Below are positions 30,278 to 43,434 of a DNA stretch of 64,000 bases, in pieces. The stretch is taken from the NCBI GenBank assembly GCA_049860595.1, contig CP187551.1; one strand, 5' to 3'. The translations under genes and the position numbers were made by a program. Under the pieces are notes generated by a model. That model had not been told where the DNA came from and did not search any database. It saw only the letters and a list, made by a program, of their open reading frames with translations. The DNA is from Methanocaldococcus sp. 16A (GTDB taxonomy: Archaea > AGJL01 > Methanococci > Methanococcales > Methanocaldococcaceae). Numbering within the stretch: the stretch's first letter is position 1; the number at the start of each line of letters is the position of its first letter.

Positions 30278-30949
30278 TTTAAGCTTAATAATTAATTCCC
30301 CAAACAATTTTTCCTGAATTAACTCTGCCTTTCCATCATTAGCTAAGTATAAAGAGGGTATAAAATACCTTACTCTCTCTTCCTTTGTTTTAAACCTTTC
30401 CTGATAGATTATAATCCCCTCTTTCATTAAATCTTCTAAGAGTTCTGCTATTATGTCTGAAATATCTTCATCTTCTATAAGCTCTTCTATAATCTCTTCA
30501 ACTTCATTTGTCTTCTTCTTTCTCTTTCTCGATTTTTTTACTTTATTTAACTCTTTCTCGATAGTTTTAATTAATTCATCAACAGTAACTGGTTTTTTAC
30601 TTTTTTTATTTTTTTCTTTATCCTCTTTTTCCTTTTTTCTGCTTTTTTTGGATTTATTTTCTATCCCATCATCGTAGTAATAATCATCATAGTAATCATA
30701 ATCATCTTCATCTTCTTCAACTTTGCATTCATCATATAAAGCTTCAGATTTCATTCTCAATAAGATGCCACCAACAAGAATAACATCGGCAGACAACCTA
30801 ATATCAAATTTTTTAAGCTCTTTGATTTTTTGTATATAATAATCTGCTACTTCAGCAATATTAACATCCCAAGGGTTTAGATTTTTCTTCTCTATTCCCT
30901 CTTTAATCATTCTAACCCAAAAAACAATGTCAAAATTGGCATCAACCAT
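30269..30949 (-). CDS. scpA: Segregation/condensation protein A (kleisin)
   Basis: NPWDVNI..VADYY, LLRMKSE, C-terminal LYLA...QEKLFGE. Confidence 0.85.
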   Translation of the reverse strand: MVDANFDIVFWVRMIKEGIEKKNLNPWDVNIAEVADYYIQKIKELKKFDIRLSADVILVGGILLRMKSEALYDECKVEEDEDDYDYYDDYYYDDGIENKSKKSRKKEKEDKEKNKKSKKPVTVDELIKTIEKELNKVKKSRKRKKKTNEVEEIIEELIEDEDISDIIAELLEDLMKEGIIIYQERFKTKEERVRYFIPSLYLANDGKAELIQEKLFGELIIKLKSF

Positions 30950-30958
30950 AATAATCCC

Positions 30959-31420
30959 TTATTTATCCTTAATTTTTTCAACAACTCTAATTCCAAAAAT
31001 TTTCGTCTCTGGATAATTCCCAGTTTCGTCTTTTTCAACAGATTTAACCATATCCCAAATTGTCAATAAAGCTATAGAGACACCAGTCAAAGCTTCCATT
31101 TCAATTCCTGTCTTATATGTAGTTTTTACTGAACAAGTAGCTTTTATTTTATCTTCAAATATTTCAAAATCAATATTTACTGAAGTTATTGGTATAGGAT
31201 GGCACATTGGAATTAGCTCATAAGTTTTTTTAACTGCCAAGATTCCGGCTATTTGGGCAGTTGTTAAGACATTCCCTTTTTTAATTTTTTGTTCTTTTAT
31301 CAATTTAATTGTTTCAGGTTTTAATTTTATATAACCTTCAGCAATACAAAACCTCTCAACATCTTCTTTTTTAGAGATATCAACCATCTTAACTCCTTTA
31401 TCATCAACATGAGTTAGCAT
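30959..31420 (-). CDS. moaC: Cyclic pyranopterin monophosphate synthase
   Basis: [32 protein letters not shown]. Confidence 0.95.
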   Translation of the reverse strand: MLTHVDDKGVKMVDISKKEDVERFCIAEGYIKLKPETIKLIKEQKIKKGNVLTTAQIAGILAVKKTYELIPMCHPIPITSVNIDFEIFEDKIKATCSVKTTYKTGIEMEALTGVSIALLTIWDMVKSVEKDETGNYPETKIFGIRVVEKIKDK

Positions 31421-31483
31421 TTAATCACCACTACTTTATTAAACTAAATACAACAGTATATAACAGTTATATAAAATAATATA

Positions 31484-31582
31484 ATTAAGACTTTCGCACT
31501 TTATATTACTTAATTAAGGAAAATATGATGCCAAGGACATTAAATTCACATTTCAATATTTATTACTTGCGAAAGTTCTATA
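31484..31582. mobile_element. Degenerate family A element
   Basis: AAGACTTTCGCA...TGCGAAAGTTCTAT ~99 bp apart; decayed central GATGCC hairpin. Confidence 0.7.
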
Positions 31583-31640
31583 TATAAATCATTTTTAAAT
31601 ATATTTATATATGTAAGTTTAAAGTTTATTGGTGATTATC

Positions 31641-33254
31641 ATGGATGAAAAGACAAAGTTAATGAGATGTATCATTGAAAGAATTTTAGATGAACACAAC
31701 AAAGGAAAAATTTTAGATAAAAAGAGAATAGAGCAGATTAAAGCGGAGTGCTTAAGAATACATAGAATTGGTATTGGGCATCCATCAAACTCTGAAATTT
31801 TGCAGTATGCTACTGAAGAAGAAAAGAAAGTGTTAATTCCAATATTAAGAAAAAAACCAGTTAGAACAATCTCTGGTGTTGCAGTTGTTGCTGTCATGAC
31901 CTCTCCAGAAAAATGTCCTCATGGAAAGTGTATGTTCTGTCCAGGAGGAGTTGGAAGTGTGTTTGGAGATGTACCTCAAAGCTATACTGGAAGAGAACCA
32001 GCTACTATGAGAGGTTTAATGTTTAACTTCGACCCATATCTACAAACAAAGGCAAGGATTGAGCAGTTAGAAAAGGTGGGACATCCAACAAATAAAATAG
32101 AGCTTATTATAATGGGAGGGACATTTCCAGCGAGAGAGATAGATTATCAAGATTGGTTTATTAAGAGATGCTTAGATGCTATGAACGGTATTGAGGCTAG
32201 TAGCTTAGAGGAAGCTCAAAAGATAAATGAAACTGCAGAACATAGATGTGTAGCTCTCTGCATAGAAACAAGACCTGATTATTGTGGAGAAAAAGAGATA
32301 AACCAGATGTTAAAATTAGGGGCTACAAGAGTAGAATTAGGAGTTCAAACAATTTATAATGAGATTTTAGAATTCTGCAAGAGAGGACATAGTGTTGAAG
32401 ACACTATAAAGGCTACTCAATTATTAAAAGATAGTGGTTTAAAAGTATCTTATCACTTAATGCCAGGAATGCCTGGTTCTGATATGGAGATGGATAAAAA
32501 GATGTTTAGAGAGATATTTAGCAATCCAGATTTTATGCCAGACATGGTTAAAATCTATCCATGCTTAGTTATTGAAGGAACTGAACTATATGAAATGTGG
32601 AAGAAAGGGAAGTTTAAACCATACAGAGAAGAGGAGGCAATAGAGATAATTAGCTATGCAAAATCAATAATGCCAAAATGGGTTAGGACTTCAAGAATTC
32701 AGAGAGATATTCCAGCGACTGTAATAGTTGATGGAGTTAAGAAAAGCAACTTGGGAGAGTTAGTTTATAAGTATATGGAAAAGCATGGAATTAAATGTAA
32801 GTGTATAAGATGTAGAGAAGTTGGGCATGTGATGTATAAAAAAGGAATAATGCCTTCAGTAGAAAATATAAAGCTGTGTAGGGAGGAGTATGAAGCCAGT
32901 GGTGGAACTGAGATATTCCTATCCTATGAAGATGTAAAAAATGATATATTAATTGCTTTCTTAAGATTGAGAGAGCCATATAAACCATTTAGAAAAGAGA
33001 TTGATGATAATACTATGTTAGTTAGGCAGTTGCATGTCTGCGGACAAGAAAAACCTTTAACAAAAGATTTGAAAGAAATTACTTGGCAACATAAAGGTTA
33101 TGGAAAAAAACTTTTAGAAGAAGCTGAAAGGATAGCTAAAGAAGAGTTTGGTAAGAAGAAAATTTTAGTAACAAGTGGTATTGGTGTTAGAGAATACTAC
33201 AGAAAGTTAGGATATGAGAGAGTTGGGGTTTATATGGGTAAATATTTAGAATAA
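31641..33254 (+). CDS. elp3: Elp3 tRNA uridine(34) acetyltransferase (radical SAM + GNAT)
   Basis: CPHGKCMFCPGG, ETRPD, QHKGYG, GVREYYRKLGY. Confidence 0.95.
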   Translation: MDEKTKLMRCIIERILDEHNKGKILDKKRIEQIKAECLRIHRIGIGHPSNSEILQYATEEEKKVLIPILRKKPVRTISGVAVVAVMTSPEKCPHGKCMFCPGGVGSVFGDVPQSYTGREPATMRGLMFNFDPYLQTKARIEQLEKVGHPTNKIELIIMGGTFPAREIDYQDWFIKRCLDAMNGIEASSLEEAQKINETAEHRCVALCIETRPDYCGEKEINQMLKLGATRVELGVQTIYNEILEFCKRGHSVEDTIKATQLLKDSGLKVSYHLMPGMPGSDMEMDKKMFREIFSNPDFMPDMVKIYPCLVIEGTELYEMWKKGKFKPYREEEAIEIISYAKSIMPKWVRTSRIQRDIPATVIVDGVKKSNLGELVYKYMEKHGIKCKCIRCREVGHVMYKKGIMPSVENIKLCREEYEASGGTEIFLSYEDVKNDILIAFLRLREPYKPFRKEIDDNTMLVRQLHVCGQEKPLTKDLKEITWQHKGYGKKLLEEAERIAKEEFGKKKILVTSGIGVREYYRKLGYERVGVYMGKYLE

Positions 33255-33780
33255 ATGACACAATGAAGGGGAGATATAAGTTATCATCTATTTTTATTTT
33301 TTTACTTATAAATTCAGAAAATGATGCTATTAGTGAAACTAAAATTCCATAAATTCCATAAAATGGATATAAAATTAATGAAGCAGAGATAAAAAATGAC
33401 AAAAATCCTTCAATTGTTTTTCCAAAGTATTTTACCTTTATTTTTCCCCTAATGCCTATGAAGGTAGCTAAAGCATCTCCAATGGCAAATACCAATATAC
33501 CAAAAAATATGGCGTTTATATCATCAATTAACAATAATGAGACTAACATACCAAAGGCAAAGTATATAGCTCCTTTCCCATCTTCTTTTTCTCTTTTACA
33601 AATATTTAATAAATCTGAAATTATTGGAACATAATGCCTTTTACATAAAAAATATAGATAGATTCCAACAACTATACTAATAATTAATGGAATTATTAGC
33701 TGTTTTTTAAATATCAACACTGAAAAAGCTATTAAAATCCCAGCAACTAAGTGAATTGTTTGTCTACAAAATTCTTTCAA
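33187..33780 (-). CDS. Dolichol/phytol kinase-like membrane protein
   Basis: RQTIH, GDALATFIG, KTIEG, DDNL. Confidence 0.75.
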   Translation of the reverse strand: MKEFCRQTIHLVAGILIAFSVLIFKKQLIIPLIISIVVGIYLYFLCKRHYVPIISDLLNICKREKEDGKGAIYFAFGMLVSLLLIDDINAIFFGILVFAIGDALATFIGIRGKIKVKYFGKTIEGFLSFFISASLILYPFYGIYGILVSLIASFSEFISKKIKIDDNLYLPFIVSFILNIYPYKPQLSHILTFCSIL

Positions 33781-33875
33781 ACTTTCGACCTTTTTAATTT
33801 GTTAATACTTAATGATTATTGTAGATAGAAACTTATTAATATCTTTTTGGTTAAAATAAACTAATAGGTGATAAT

Positions 33876-34409
33876 ATGAAAGATATCAAAAAACTTCTTC
33901 TCTTAGTTTTTGCAGTTGCTATAACAGTTAGCTTTTCAGGATGTGTAGAGCAGCCAAAAATTGAAGTTATTGGGCAGAAAATCCAAAAACTGAATGCAGA
34001 TAACACAAAGATAGAGATTCAAGTGTTGGTTGATAATCCAAATCCTATTGGGATAACCATTGACAAAATTTCATTTGATATTTATGCTTTGGTTGGTGGG
34101 GATAGAATATATTTGGGACATGGAGAGCAGAGAAATATTAAAATAACCTCTGGAAATAACACTTTCACTCTACCAATAACCATATCCAACAAAAAACTTA
34201 TTGAAGTTGCTGTAAATGGTAAAAGCACAAAAATACCTGTAGAAATTAAGGGAGATATTGCAGTTAATTTAATTATAACAACTGTAAATATTCCAATAGA
34301 TATTCAACAAGAAATAGATGTCTCTGCGATAGTAAAAGAAGAGATGTTAAATCAATTAAGTAATCTAAATAACTTAAATGCTAACCAAATACAATCAGTA
34401 ACTCAGTAA
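33876..34409 (+). CDS. LEA_2/WHy domain lipoprotein
   Basis: Lipobox FSGC; VDNPNPIGI. Confidence 0.75.
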   Translation: MKDIKKLLLLVFAVAITVSFSGCVEQPKIEVIGQKIQKLNADNTKIEIQVLVDNPNPIGITIDKISFDIYALVGGDRIYLGHGEQRNIKITSGNNTFTLPITISNKKLIEVAVNGKSTKIPVEIKGDIAVNLIITTVNIPIDIQQEIDVSAIVKEEMLNQLSNLNNLNANQIQSVTQ

Positions 34410-34412
34410 TTT

Positions 34413-34506
34413 AATAGGACTTTTGCAGGAATAAATATTTTTTATTGAATATAGACACCTAAAGGTGTCAAAGTTCCAAATTTATATAAACTGCAAAAGT
34501 CCTATT
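34413..34506. mobile_element. MITE-like palindromic element, family A
   Basis: Perfect TIR AATAGGACTTTTGCAG/CTGCAAAAGTCCTATT; central GACACCT-AA-AGGTGTC. Confidence 0.88.
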
Positions 34507-35206
34507 ATTCTTCTTTTTCTTCTTTTATAATTTCCACTCCATACCTAACAACATTGTCTCTCATCAAATAATCCCTAAACTCACATATTTTGTAAGTCAT
34601 TTCCATAATCTTTTTTGCATACAACGGCTCAACTAACGTGTTTAAAAAAGCTCTCAAGTCGTAGGGATTTTTTATCTGATATTTATTTTCAGCATCAGTA
34701 CATATAACAACAGGCACATCAAACTTTTTTGCCAATTTTAAGTTATTTCTAAAAAATATCAATGTTCTTGCCCTCTCATATCCATCTTTGTTTATTAGAT
34801 TTTTGAGATTTATTTCAATAGCAACTCTATGATTTGATGCTAATCTTGCCAATACATGGTCTATGCCACTATCTTTTCTTCCAAGTTCAGGGGTTGATAA
34901 AATATCAACATCATGCATCTCTACAGCAGCTCTATTTATTTTTAAAATGCCTCCTTCAACCAATATTATATGACATTTATTTCTAAACTTTTTTACCTTG
35001 TTTCTTAATTCTTTAGAACTTTTTGCCTTTATTTTAACTCCAGAATATACTTTTAATTTGTAATTTTCACCAATAGCTTTAACTTCTTCATATTTTTCTT
35101 TGCAAAATTCATCATCGTATTGATAAAAAACAAATCCATTCCATTTTAATTCTTTGAGTAATTTAATTTCCTCTTCATTTTCTATCCTGTTTATATCAAT
35201 CCTCAT
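34505..35206 (-). CDS. rnp3: Ribonuclease P protein component 3 (Rpp30)
   Basis: GG.LKINRAAVE..VDILS, GIDHVLARLA, PHP-like fold. Confidence 0.85.
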   Translation of the reverse strand: MRIDINRIENEEEIKLLKELKWNGFVFYQYDDEFCKEKYEEVKAIGENYKLKVYSGVKIKAKSSKELRNKVKKFRNKCHIILVEGGILKINRAAVEMHDVDILSTPELGRKDSGIDHVLARLASNHRVAIEINLKNLINKDGYERARTLIFFRNNLKLAKKFDVPVVICTDAENKYQIKNPYDLRAFLNTLVEPLYAKKIMEMTYKICEFRDYLMRDNVVRYGVEIIKEEKEE

Positions 35207-35219
35207 GATATCCCATTAA

Positions 35220-35894
35220 TTATTTAAATCTAATAACCTTACTTTCTTCTTTATTATAAATACCAACTGCATCTATACTATTTTCCAATAACGCAAACAT
35301 CACATCTCTCTCATAACCAAGATTTTTTAGATTTTCTGCAGATGAAGAATTTAAAATCAAAGACATCCAATCGTGTTTAGTTAATTCTACGGCAGCTTTA
35401 ATGAATTCATCAAACTCTCTGTTAAGGTATTTAGCTATAATACCACATCCAATAAAATCATCTATTGCAAAGTTATTCTCTCTGTGGCAAGGAACTAAGC
35501 TTATATCTTCAAACTCTTTAACAGCTTCAGCAACATACTTTGCATTAACTATAGCCCCTATAAAGATATGCTCTGCATCTAAGTTTTTTAAAACTCTTGT
35601 TCCATTTGTCGTTGTTAAAATAACCTTCTCTCCATTCTCATACCTTTCCTTTATGATATCTTTATTCGCTAAAATCTCAGTTGGGGAATTTCCAAAGTCA
35701 AAGTTCTCTATTTTTTTACCTTTTCTCTCTCCAATATATATGGCATTTTCTTCTCTACATGTTGAGGTGGTTATATATACTTCATCAATAAATGATAAGA
35801 GTGTTGTTATTGTTGTAGAAGCTCTCAAAACATCAACTACTATAGCTACATCATTACATTTATACTCAGCAAATTTATTACATAAAGTTATCAT
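35220..35894 (-). CDS. comB: 2-phosphosulfolactate phosphatase (coenzyme M biosynthesis)
   Basis: VDVLRASTTI, GERKG, FDFGNSP, TTTNGT. Confidence 0.92.
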   Translation of the reverse strand: MITLCNKFAEYKCNDVAIVVDVLRASTTITTLLSFIDEVYITTSTCREENAIYIGERKGKKIENFDFGNSPTEILANKDIIKERYENGEKVILTTTNGTRVLKNLDAEHIFIGAIVNAKYVAEAVKEFEDISLVPCHRENNFAIDDFIGCGIIAKYLNREFDEFIKAAVELTKHDWMSLILNSSSAENLKNLGYERDVMFALLENSIDAVGIYNKEESKVIRFK

Positions 35895-35946
35895 GCTATC
35901 AACCTTTAGAAATTTTTAATTTTAGAACTTTTGTAGGAATAAATTT

Positions 35947-36603
35947 TTGAAAACTTTAGGAGGGAAGATATTGAGTGTAGAAGGATTTTTACAAATTATA
36001 GGAATAATAACAATAACAATATTTGCATTAGCATTTATATCCTTCATCTTAATTTTAATTATCGGCTATGTATTATTAAAAAAGAATAAATTAATATTCC
36101 CAAATTTGGCTTTATTTTTAATGGACAATTTTTACTCAATACTATTAAAGATATTCCTACTAATAGGAACAGAGGATACATTTTATAGAGTAGGGATAGA
36201 ATTTTACAACAAATATTATAAAGATAAGTTTAAAAAAAATAAGAAGAGAGTTTTAATATTACCTCATTGTCTTAGAGATACGAAATGTCCAGCTAAGCTA
36301 ACACCAAAGGGTGTTGAGTGCATATTTTGTAATAGATGTAAAATTGGGGATATTATAAAAGTTGCTGAAGAAAATGGTTATAAAGTTTATATAGTTCCTG
36401 GCTCTACATTTTTAAAGAGAATTTTAAAGGAAGAGAGACCAGAGGCGGTTTTTGGAGTAGCATGTAATAGAGATTTATTTTATGGAATGAACTCATTATC
36501 AAGAAAAGGTATTCCTTCACAAGGACAACCTTTATTAAGGGATGGATGCATAAATACTCTGGTCGATGTTGATGAATTAATAACAAGATTAAAATCATTA
36601 TAA
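35947..36603 (+). CDS. DUF116 family membrane-anchored Cys-rich protein
   Basis: LPHCLR..CPA, C..C..C, VPGST, GVAC..DL. Confidence 0.8.
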   Translation: MKTLGGKILSVEGFLQIIGIITITIFALAFISFILILIIGYVLLKKNKLIFPNLALFLMDNFYSILLKIFLLIGTEDTFYRVGIEFYNKYYKDKFKKNKKRVLILPHCLRDTKCPAKLTPKGVECIFCNRCKIGDIIKVAEENGYKVYIVPGSTFLKRILKEERPEAVFGVACNRDLFYGMNSLSRKGIPSQGQPLLRDGCINTLVDVDELITRLKSL

Positions 36604-36621
36604 TAATTAAGGTGAGATTGA

Positions 36622-38611
<1,990 letters not shown>

Positions 38612-38676
38612 TACTAATCACACAAAAGGTTTTTATCTAAGTTAATGGTAAAATAATATATATGAGGTGGATATTT

Positions 38677-38916
38677 ATGGGTTTGGAACATCTAATTTTA
38701 TTGATATTAATAGTTGTAGTAGGACTTTTATTCTTTAAGCTAACTTATAAAATATTAAGATATTTAGCGGTGAATACAATAATTGGTTTGATATTGGTAG
38801 GAATTTTAAATTTCCTCGGAATTGTGCATATAAAGCTAACTTTAATAAACTTATTAATAATATCAATTGGGGGGATAATTGGAGTCTTTATCTTAATTTT
38901 GCTTTCAATTTTATAA
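38677..38916 (+). CDS. Small membrane protein (BofA-like)
   Basis: N..IG...L, GGIIG hydrophobic pattern. Confidence 0.6.
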   Translation: MGLEHLILLILIVVVGLLFFKLTYKILRYLAVNTIIGLILVGILNFLGIVHIKLTLINLLIISIGGIIGVFILILLSIL

Positions 38917-38933
38917 AAAATAAAAAAAAGATA

Positions 38934-39131
38934 TTAAGCTTTCATTGAATACTCATAAGCTTGGCAAGCCCAATAATCTAAAACATCTTTTATTGATTTT
39001 AAGTTTTTTTCCTTTCTTTTTTTAATTCTGGCCATGTTTCTTAATATTTTTAATGTTCTCTCAATTTCGTCCTCACTCATTAAGGTGGCATCTATTAATA
39101 AGCTTATTGCCTTCTTATCTATGTCATCCAT
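38934..39131 (-). CDS. Small hypothetical protein
   Basis: 65 aa, AGGTGG RBS, upstream BRE/TATA. Confidence 0.7.
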   Translation of the reverse strand: MDDIDKKAISLLIDATLMSEDEIERTLKILRNMARIKKRKEKNLKSIKDVLDYWACQAYEYSMKA

Positions 39132-39337
39132 AATACCACCTTTTAATACTACAATTTAGATTAGTATTATGATATATAAGATTTTCGGTTGGTAGTATGA
39201 AGCCTTTATTTTATTTTTTTCAATCAAGTAAAAGTTATTTTATAATTATTAAAATTTTTTGTATTATTATAAGTATAAATATTTAAAATAACAAATTAAC
39301 ATTATAAAAATAAAAAGAAAAAGAGATATTTAGAATC

Positions 39338-40369
39338 TTACTGAATTCCCATTGCTTTATTTGTTTTTTCAATTGATTTAAAGTTGTCATCTTCCATTTG
39401 GAGCATAGCCCTTATACAGTCAATATTTTCAGGAACTACGATACTCTCTTGATGTACAGCTTGCATTAAGAATATCTCATTTTCTAAAACATTAACGCTC
39501 TCTTCCCAAACAACAAGCTCATTTAAATCATATCTCAATCTTCCTAAGTCTCTTCCATATTCTATTATCTTAGCTGTTGAAGTAAATCCGTCTTCTGCTT
39601 TAACAGTCATAACTCTTGGAGTTTTTTGAATTGCATCTAAAACATCGTCTCTACTAACATCTCCATCAACTTCAACCATTAATGTGTGTTGGTGCATTAA
39701 TGTTGTTGGAACTATAACTGCTGAAGTTAATATCTTTCCTTCAAACTCTGGAATAACTGAAACTACATCAGGACCGTGATGGGAAGGAACTGTAACTGGG
39801 TTTGGTGTTATAGCATTTACTGGACCTGTTTTGTCATCATTTGGGTCTGCTGCCCTTCTTACTAAAACAACTCTTGCTTTCTTAACATCTGCAACTGAAT
39901 TTATTGCATATAATATTCTACACAAACCAGTAGTGTTGCATGAAACAACTCTTACATAATCTTTTCCATAACATCTGTTATAACTCCATAAAGCGTTGAA
40001 GTTGTCTTCAACATCTTTTGCTTTTTCTCCTCCTTGTAATATAGCTTTAACTTTGTGAGGCTTGTAAATATTTTCTAAGTTTTGCTTTCCAATCTTCTTA
40101 GGAGCTCCATCAACAACAATATCTGCCTCTTCAATAATATCTAAAATAGTTCCTTCTATTGGAATTCCTGCATCTTCAAATAATTTAACTCTCTCTTTAT
40201 CTGGAATTGCTACAAATAACTTGTATCCTTTCTCAACAGCTAATCTTGCTTCAAAATCAGGTTTTGTCTTTGTAACTCCTATAACTTCCATATCATCTTG
40301 CATTGAAACTGCATCAGCTACTCTCTTACCAATTGAACCATATCCATTTATTAATACTTTTGCTGACAT
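39338..40369 (-). CDS. gap: Archaeal glyceraldehyde-3-phosphate dehydrogenase
   Basis: [31 protein letters not shown]. Confidence 0.95.
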   Translation of the reverse strand: MSAKVLINGYGSIGKRVADAVSMQDDMEVIGVTKTKPDFEARLAVEKGYKLFVAIPDKERVKLFEDAGIPIEGTILDIIEEADIVVDGAPKKIGKQNLENIYKPHKVKAILQGGEKAKDVEDNFNALWSYNRCYGKDYVRVVSCNTTGLCRILYAINSVADVKKARVVLVRRAADPNDDKTGPVNAITPNPVTVPSHHGPDVVSVIPEFEGKILTSAVIVPTTLMHQHTLMVEVDGDVSRDDVLDAIQKTPRVMTVKAEDGFTSTAKIIEYGRDLGRLRYDLNELVVWEESVNVLENEIFLMQAVHQESIVVPENIDCIRAMLQMEDDNFKSIEKTNKAMGIQ

Positions 40370-40557
40370 CAAAGCTCACCATTGGAATTTGTTGTAGGAA
40401 TATAATAATTATTGTTGGCAATATATATTTTTATAATTTGTTTATTTTAATAATAAAATATGGAATTATTTTAAAAATTAAGGAAAATAAATATCATAAA
40501 GAATTTTTCCAATTAAAAAGAATAGTTTAGGCAATCTCTATATAGCAATTGGATAAA

Positions 40558-40884
40558 TTAATCATATTCTCTCCATGTATGACCACATTTCTTACACTTG
40601 TAGAATCTTGTTTCTGGTTCATCAGCACATCTTGTCTGTTGTAGCCACCAATAAGCTTCATTATGCCCACACTTTGGACATTCAACTCTTGTTGTTGGCA
40701 ATGTTTCTAAGCCCTCACTTTCAATAACAGTAATTTTTTCCTTCTTATTCTCTAAGTGTTCCTTGTATTCATACTCCTTACTTCCTTCAGCTGTTGTTTC
40801 TTCTTCATAACCACAGACTACACATCTTAACTTTCCGTCCTTTGGTAGCATTAAGTTGTTGCATTTTGGGCAAAACTTAACCAT
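40558..40884 (-). CDS. tfs: Transcription cleavage factor TFS
   Basis: FCPKC..., QTRCADEPETRFYKC. Confidence 0.93.
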   Translation of the reverse strand: MVKFCPKCNNLMLPKDGKLRCVVCGYEEETTAEGSKEYEYKEHLENKKEKITVIESEGLETLPTTRVECPKCGHNEAYWWLQQTRCADEPETRFYKCKKCGHTWREYD

Positions 40885-40900
40885 TTTTCCACCTCATATA

Positions 40901-41009
40901 TAGTTGTGTGCAAAATAAAATAAACTTTAAAAAGGAAATTTTGAATGCCTTTCAAAAGAAAGGCATTCATTAATTCATTATTCACTATATATACTTTTGC
41001 ACACAACTA
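40901..41009. mobile_element. MITE-like element, family B, copy 2 (inside 3' end of Nudix gene)
   Basis: Same TIR as 2230, TA duplication, hairpin GAATGCCTTTC-AAAA-GAAAGGCATTC. Confidence 0.88.
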
Positions 41010-41497
41010 TAATCTTCAATTATTTTTTTATGGTCAAAAGCTAATTTTGGTAGATTATTTAAATCAAAAAACTCTGCCTCTTTTGCATCATCTCCTGCTT
41101 TTAATTCTCCTCCTATAACATCTAATATAAAGACGATTGAGATAACATGCCCTCTCGGGTCTCTATCTGGTGAAGAATAAACACCTAATAAACTTTTTAC
41201 CTTTGTTATTAAACCAGTTTCTTCTCTAATTTCTCTAACAACTGCTTCTTCAACAGTTTCTCCACACTCGACGAATCCTCCTGGAAGGGCATAACAGCCT
41301 TTAAACGGATTGTTCTTTCTTTTTATTAATAGAATTTTATTATCTTTCACTATAATTCCATCAACAGCAATTGCTGGATGAAGATATAGCTTATATTTTT
41401 TTAAGTCTCTCTTTTTTATGATTTTTTTAGAATATCTTTTTCCAAACAAATTTAAGGCAAATATTTTCCCACTTATGCAAAAACATTTTTTAGCCAT
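40985..41497 (-). CDS. Nudix hydrolase (ADP-ribose pyrophosphatase-like)
   Basis: PGGFVECGETVEEAVVREIREETG Nudix box; RDPRGH; LAFDH. Confidence 0.9.
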   Translation of the reverse strand: MAKKCFCISGKIFALNLFGKRYSKKIIKKRDLKKYKLYLHPAIAVDGIIVKDNKILLIKRKNNPFKGCYALPGGFVECGETVEEAVVREIREETGLITKVKSLLGVYSSPDRDPRGHVISIVFILDVIGGELKAGDDAKEAEFFDLNNLPKLAFDHKKIIEDYSCVQKYI

Positions 41498-41591
41498 ACT
41501 CTCACAATAACAAAAAAATATTAATAAAATTTAATGAAATTATGACTTTATAAATGAATATAATGAGATATATTTAAAATTTGTGGTGTCT

Positions 41592-42137
41592 ATGAAGGAT
41601 GAAATAGAGGTTATAGGTTTTGATGATGCGCCTTTTAATAGAACAGATAAGGAGTGTATTTTGATAGGCACATATATGAGAGGTAATAAAATTATAGATG
41701 GTGTCTATTTTAGAAAATTTAAGAAAGATGGAATGGATGTTACAGAGAAGATAATAGATATTATTAAAGAAAAGCATTATAAAAAAATAAAAGTAATTTT
41801 TTTATCTGGAATAACATTTGGAGGGTTTAATATAGCCAATTTATGGAAAATAAATGAAGAGACAAAAAAACCAGTTGTTGTAGTTATAGATAAATATCCA
41901 AATAAAAAGAAGATATTCTCAGCTCTTAAAAAATACTTTAATGATGCAGATGAGAGAATAGAGCTTATAAACAGCTTCCCAGAGCCAGAAAGAATTGACA
42001 ATATTTATGTGCAATATATAGGAGCTGATATAGATTTTGTTAAAAATGTTATTAAAAAAACACGACTTAAAAGTAAATTTCCAGAATGTTTAAGGATATC
42101 TCATTTAATAGGAAGAGGATTTTTAGGATTGAAGTAA
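41592..42137 (+). CDS. DUF99/UPF0215 endonuclease V-like protein
   Basis: IGFDDAPF, GITFGGFN, PECLRISHLI. Confidence 0.8.
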   Translation: MKDEIEVIGFDDAPFNRTDKECILIGTYMRGNKIIDGVYFRKFKKDGMDVTEKIIDIIKEKHYKKIKVIFLSGITFGGFNIANLWKINEETKKPVVVVIDKYPNKKKIFSALKKYFNDADERIELINSFPEPERIDNIYVQYIGADIDFVKNVIKKTRLKSKFPECLRISHLIGRGFLGLK

Positions 42138-42159
42138 AAATAATTCAAATTTATAAAAT

Positions 42160-43093
42160 TTATTCAAAGAGTCCAAAAGCTCTCTTATAACATTCTAAAG
42201 CATCCTCAATTTTTCCTAATTTTTCAAGAGCTACCGCTTTACCATGCCAAGCATATACATTAGTAGGACTAATTTCTAATACTTTATCAAACCACTCTAC
42301 TGCTTTTTTATATTTTCCTAATTTGTTTAGGACTATTCCATAATAAACATAAAGTAATAAGCTTTGGGGGTTTAATTTCAATGCTTTTTCGATGTATTCT
42401 TTAGCCTCAGTTATTTTCCCGAGGAAAACTAAAATTTGTATAATATGTACTAATGCACGGATATCTTTCCCATTTTTCTGAAGTATCTTTTCAAAGCATT
42501 CTAAAGCTTCATTATACTTTCCTAGCTCAAATAGTATTTCTCCTCTATATAGCAAAGAAAAATAATCTTTGGGATTCACTTTTAAAGCCTTTTCAAAACA
42601 TTCTAACGCTTCTTTTAATTTTCCTTCGCTATATAGTATCTCTCCTTTCTCTGCCCAAGCAATGGCTGAATTTGGATAGTCTTTAAACATAGTTTCAAGG
42701 ATTTTCAATGCTTCATCAAATTCTCCAAGTCTCATTAATATAGTAGCAGTTATACATTTAGCACCTATATTGGATTCTTGCTTATCTAACTCTAATAATT
42801 TTAAAAAAACTTCTTTTGATTCTTTTAATCTACCTAAATTCATTAATAAGACTCCTTTTAAAAAGTATGCTCTACTATAATCTGGTTTTAATTTTAATGC
42901 TTTATCTAAACATTCTAAAGCTTCATCATACTTTCCTAATGATTTTAATAATCTTGCTTTTCTTACATATAAATCTGGAGTTTTTTTAATATCCAAAAGT
43001 TCATCAAGTATTGAAAGGGCTTTTTCATAATCTTTTTTTTTCAACAGCTTCTAAATATTTATTCCATAAATTATTTCTATAGTTGGTTTCCAT
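42160..43093 (-). pseudogene. TPR-repeat protein, natural start out of frame by +1 in an A9 tract
   Basis: GAGGGA RBS + ATG at 43093 gives METNYRNNLWNKYLEAVEKKRL*; A8 would join the 294-aa TPR ORF (42160-43044). Confidence 0.65.
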
Positions 43094-43434
43094 AAAAATC
43101 CCTCATTAATGAGATATATCATAATGATAATATATTATTTTTATTACTTAATTATTATTACATTGAGGGTATATTATATTATTAATTAAATAACATTCGC
43201 AAGAATAAAATTTTTAGTTAAGAAAAATTAGCTGTCTGAATGTACTTTAAATTTATATTAAAGAATTTATATTAGGGATTTTGCGATTTATATAATAGTT
43301 TGTTATTATATTATTATATTAACTTATATTAGCCCTTTAACAGCTTTTTTATTCTTAAAAATATTCAATAACCTTAATGTAAAAGCAAGACTTTTAATAT
43401 ATATTATATTAATAGTTTTACCATTAGAGATTTG

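Noticed and set aside
30590-30720. Asp/Tyr and Lys low-complexity repeats in scpA
   Set aside because: Ordinary disordered kleisin linker
35921-35948. TAGAACTTTTGTAGGAATAAA, family A TIR-like remnant (similar traces near 43190-43290)
   Set aside because: Too degenerate, no partner TIR; not called as elements
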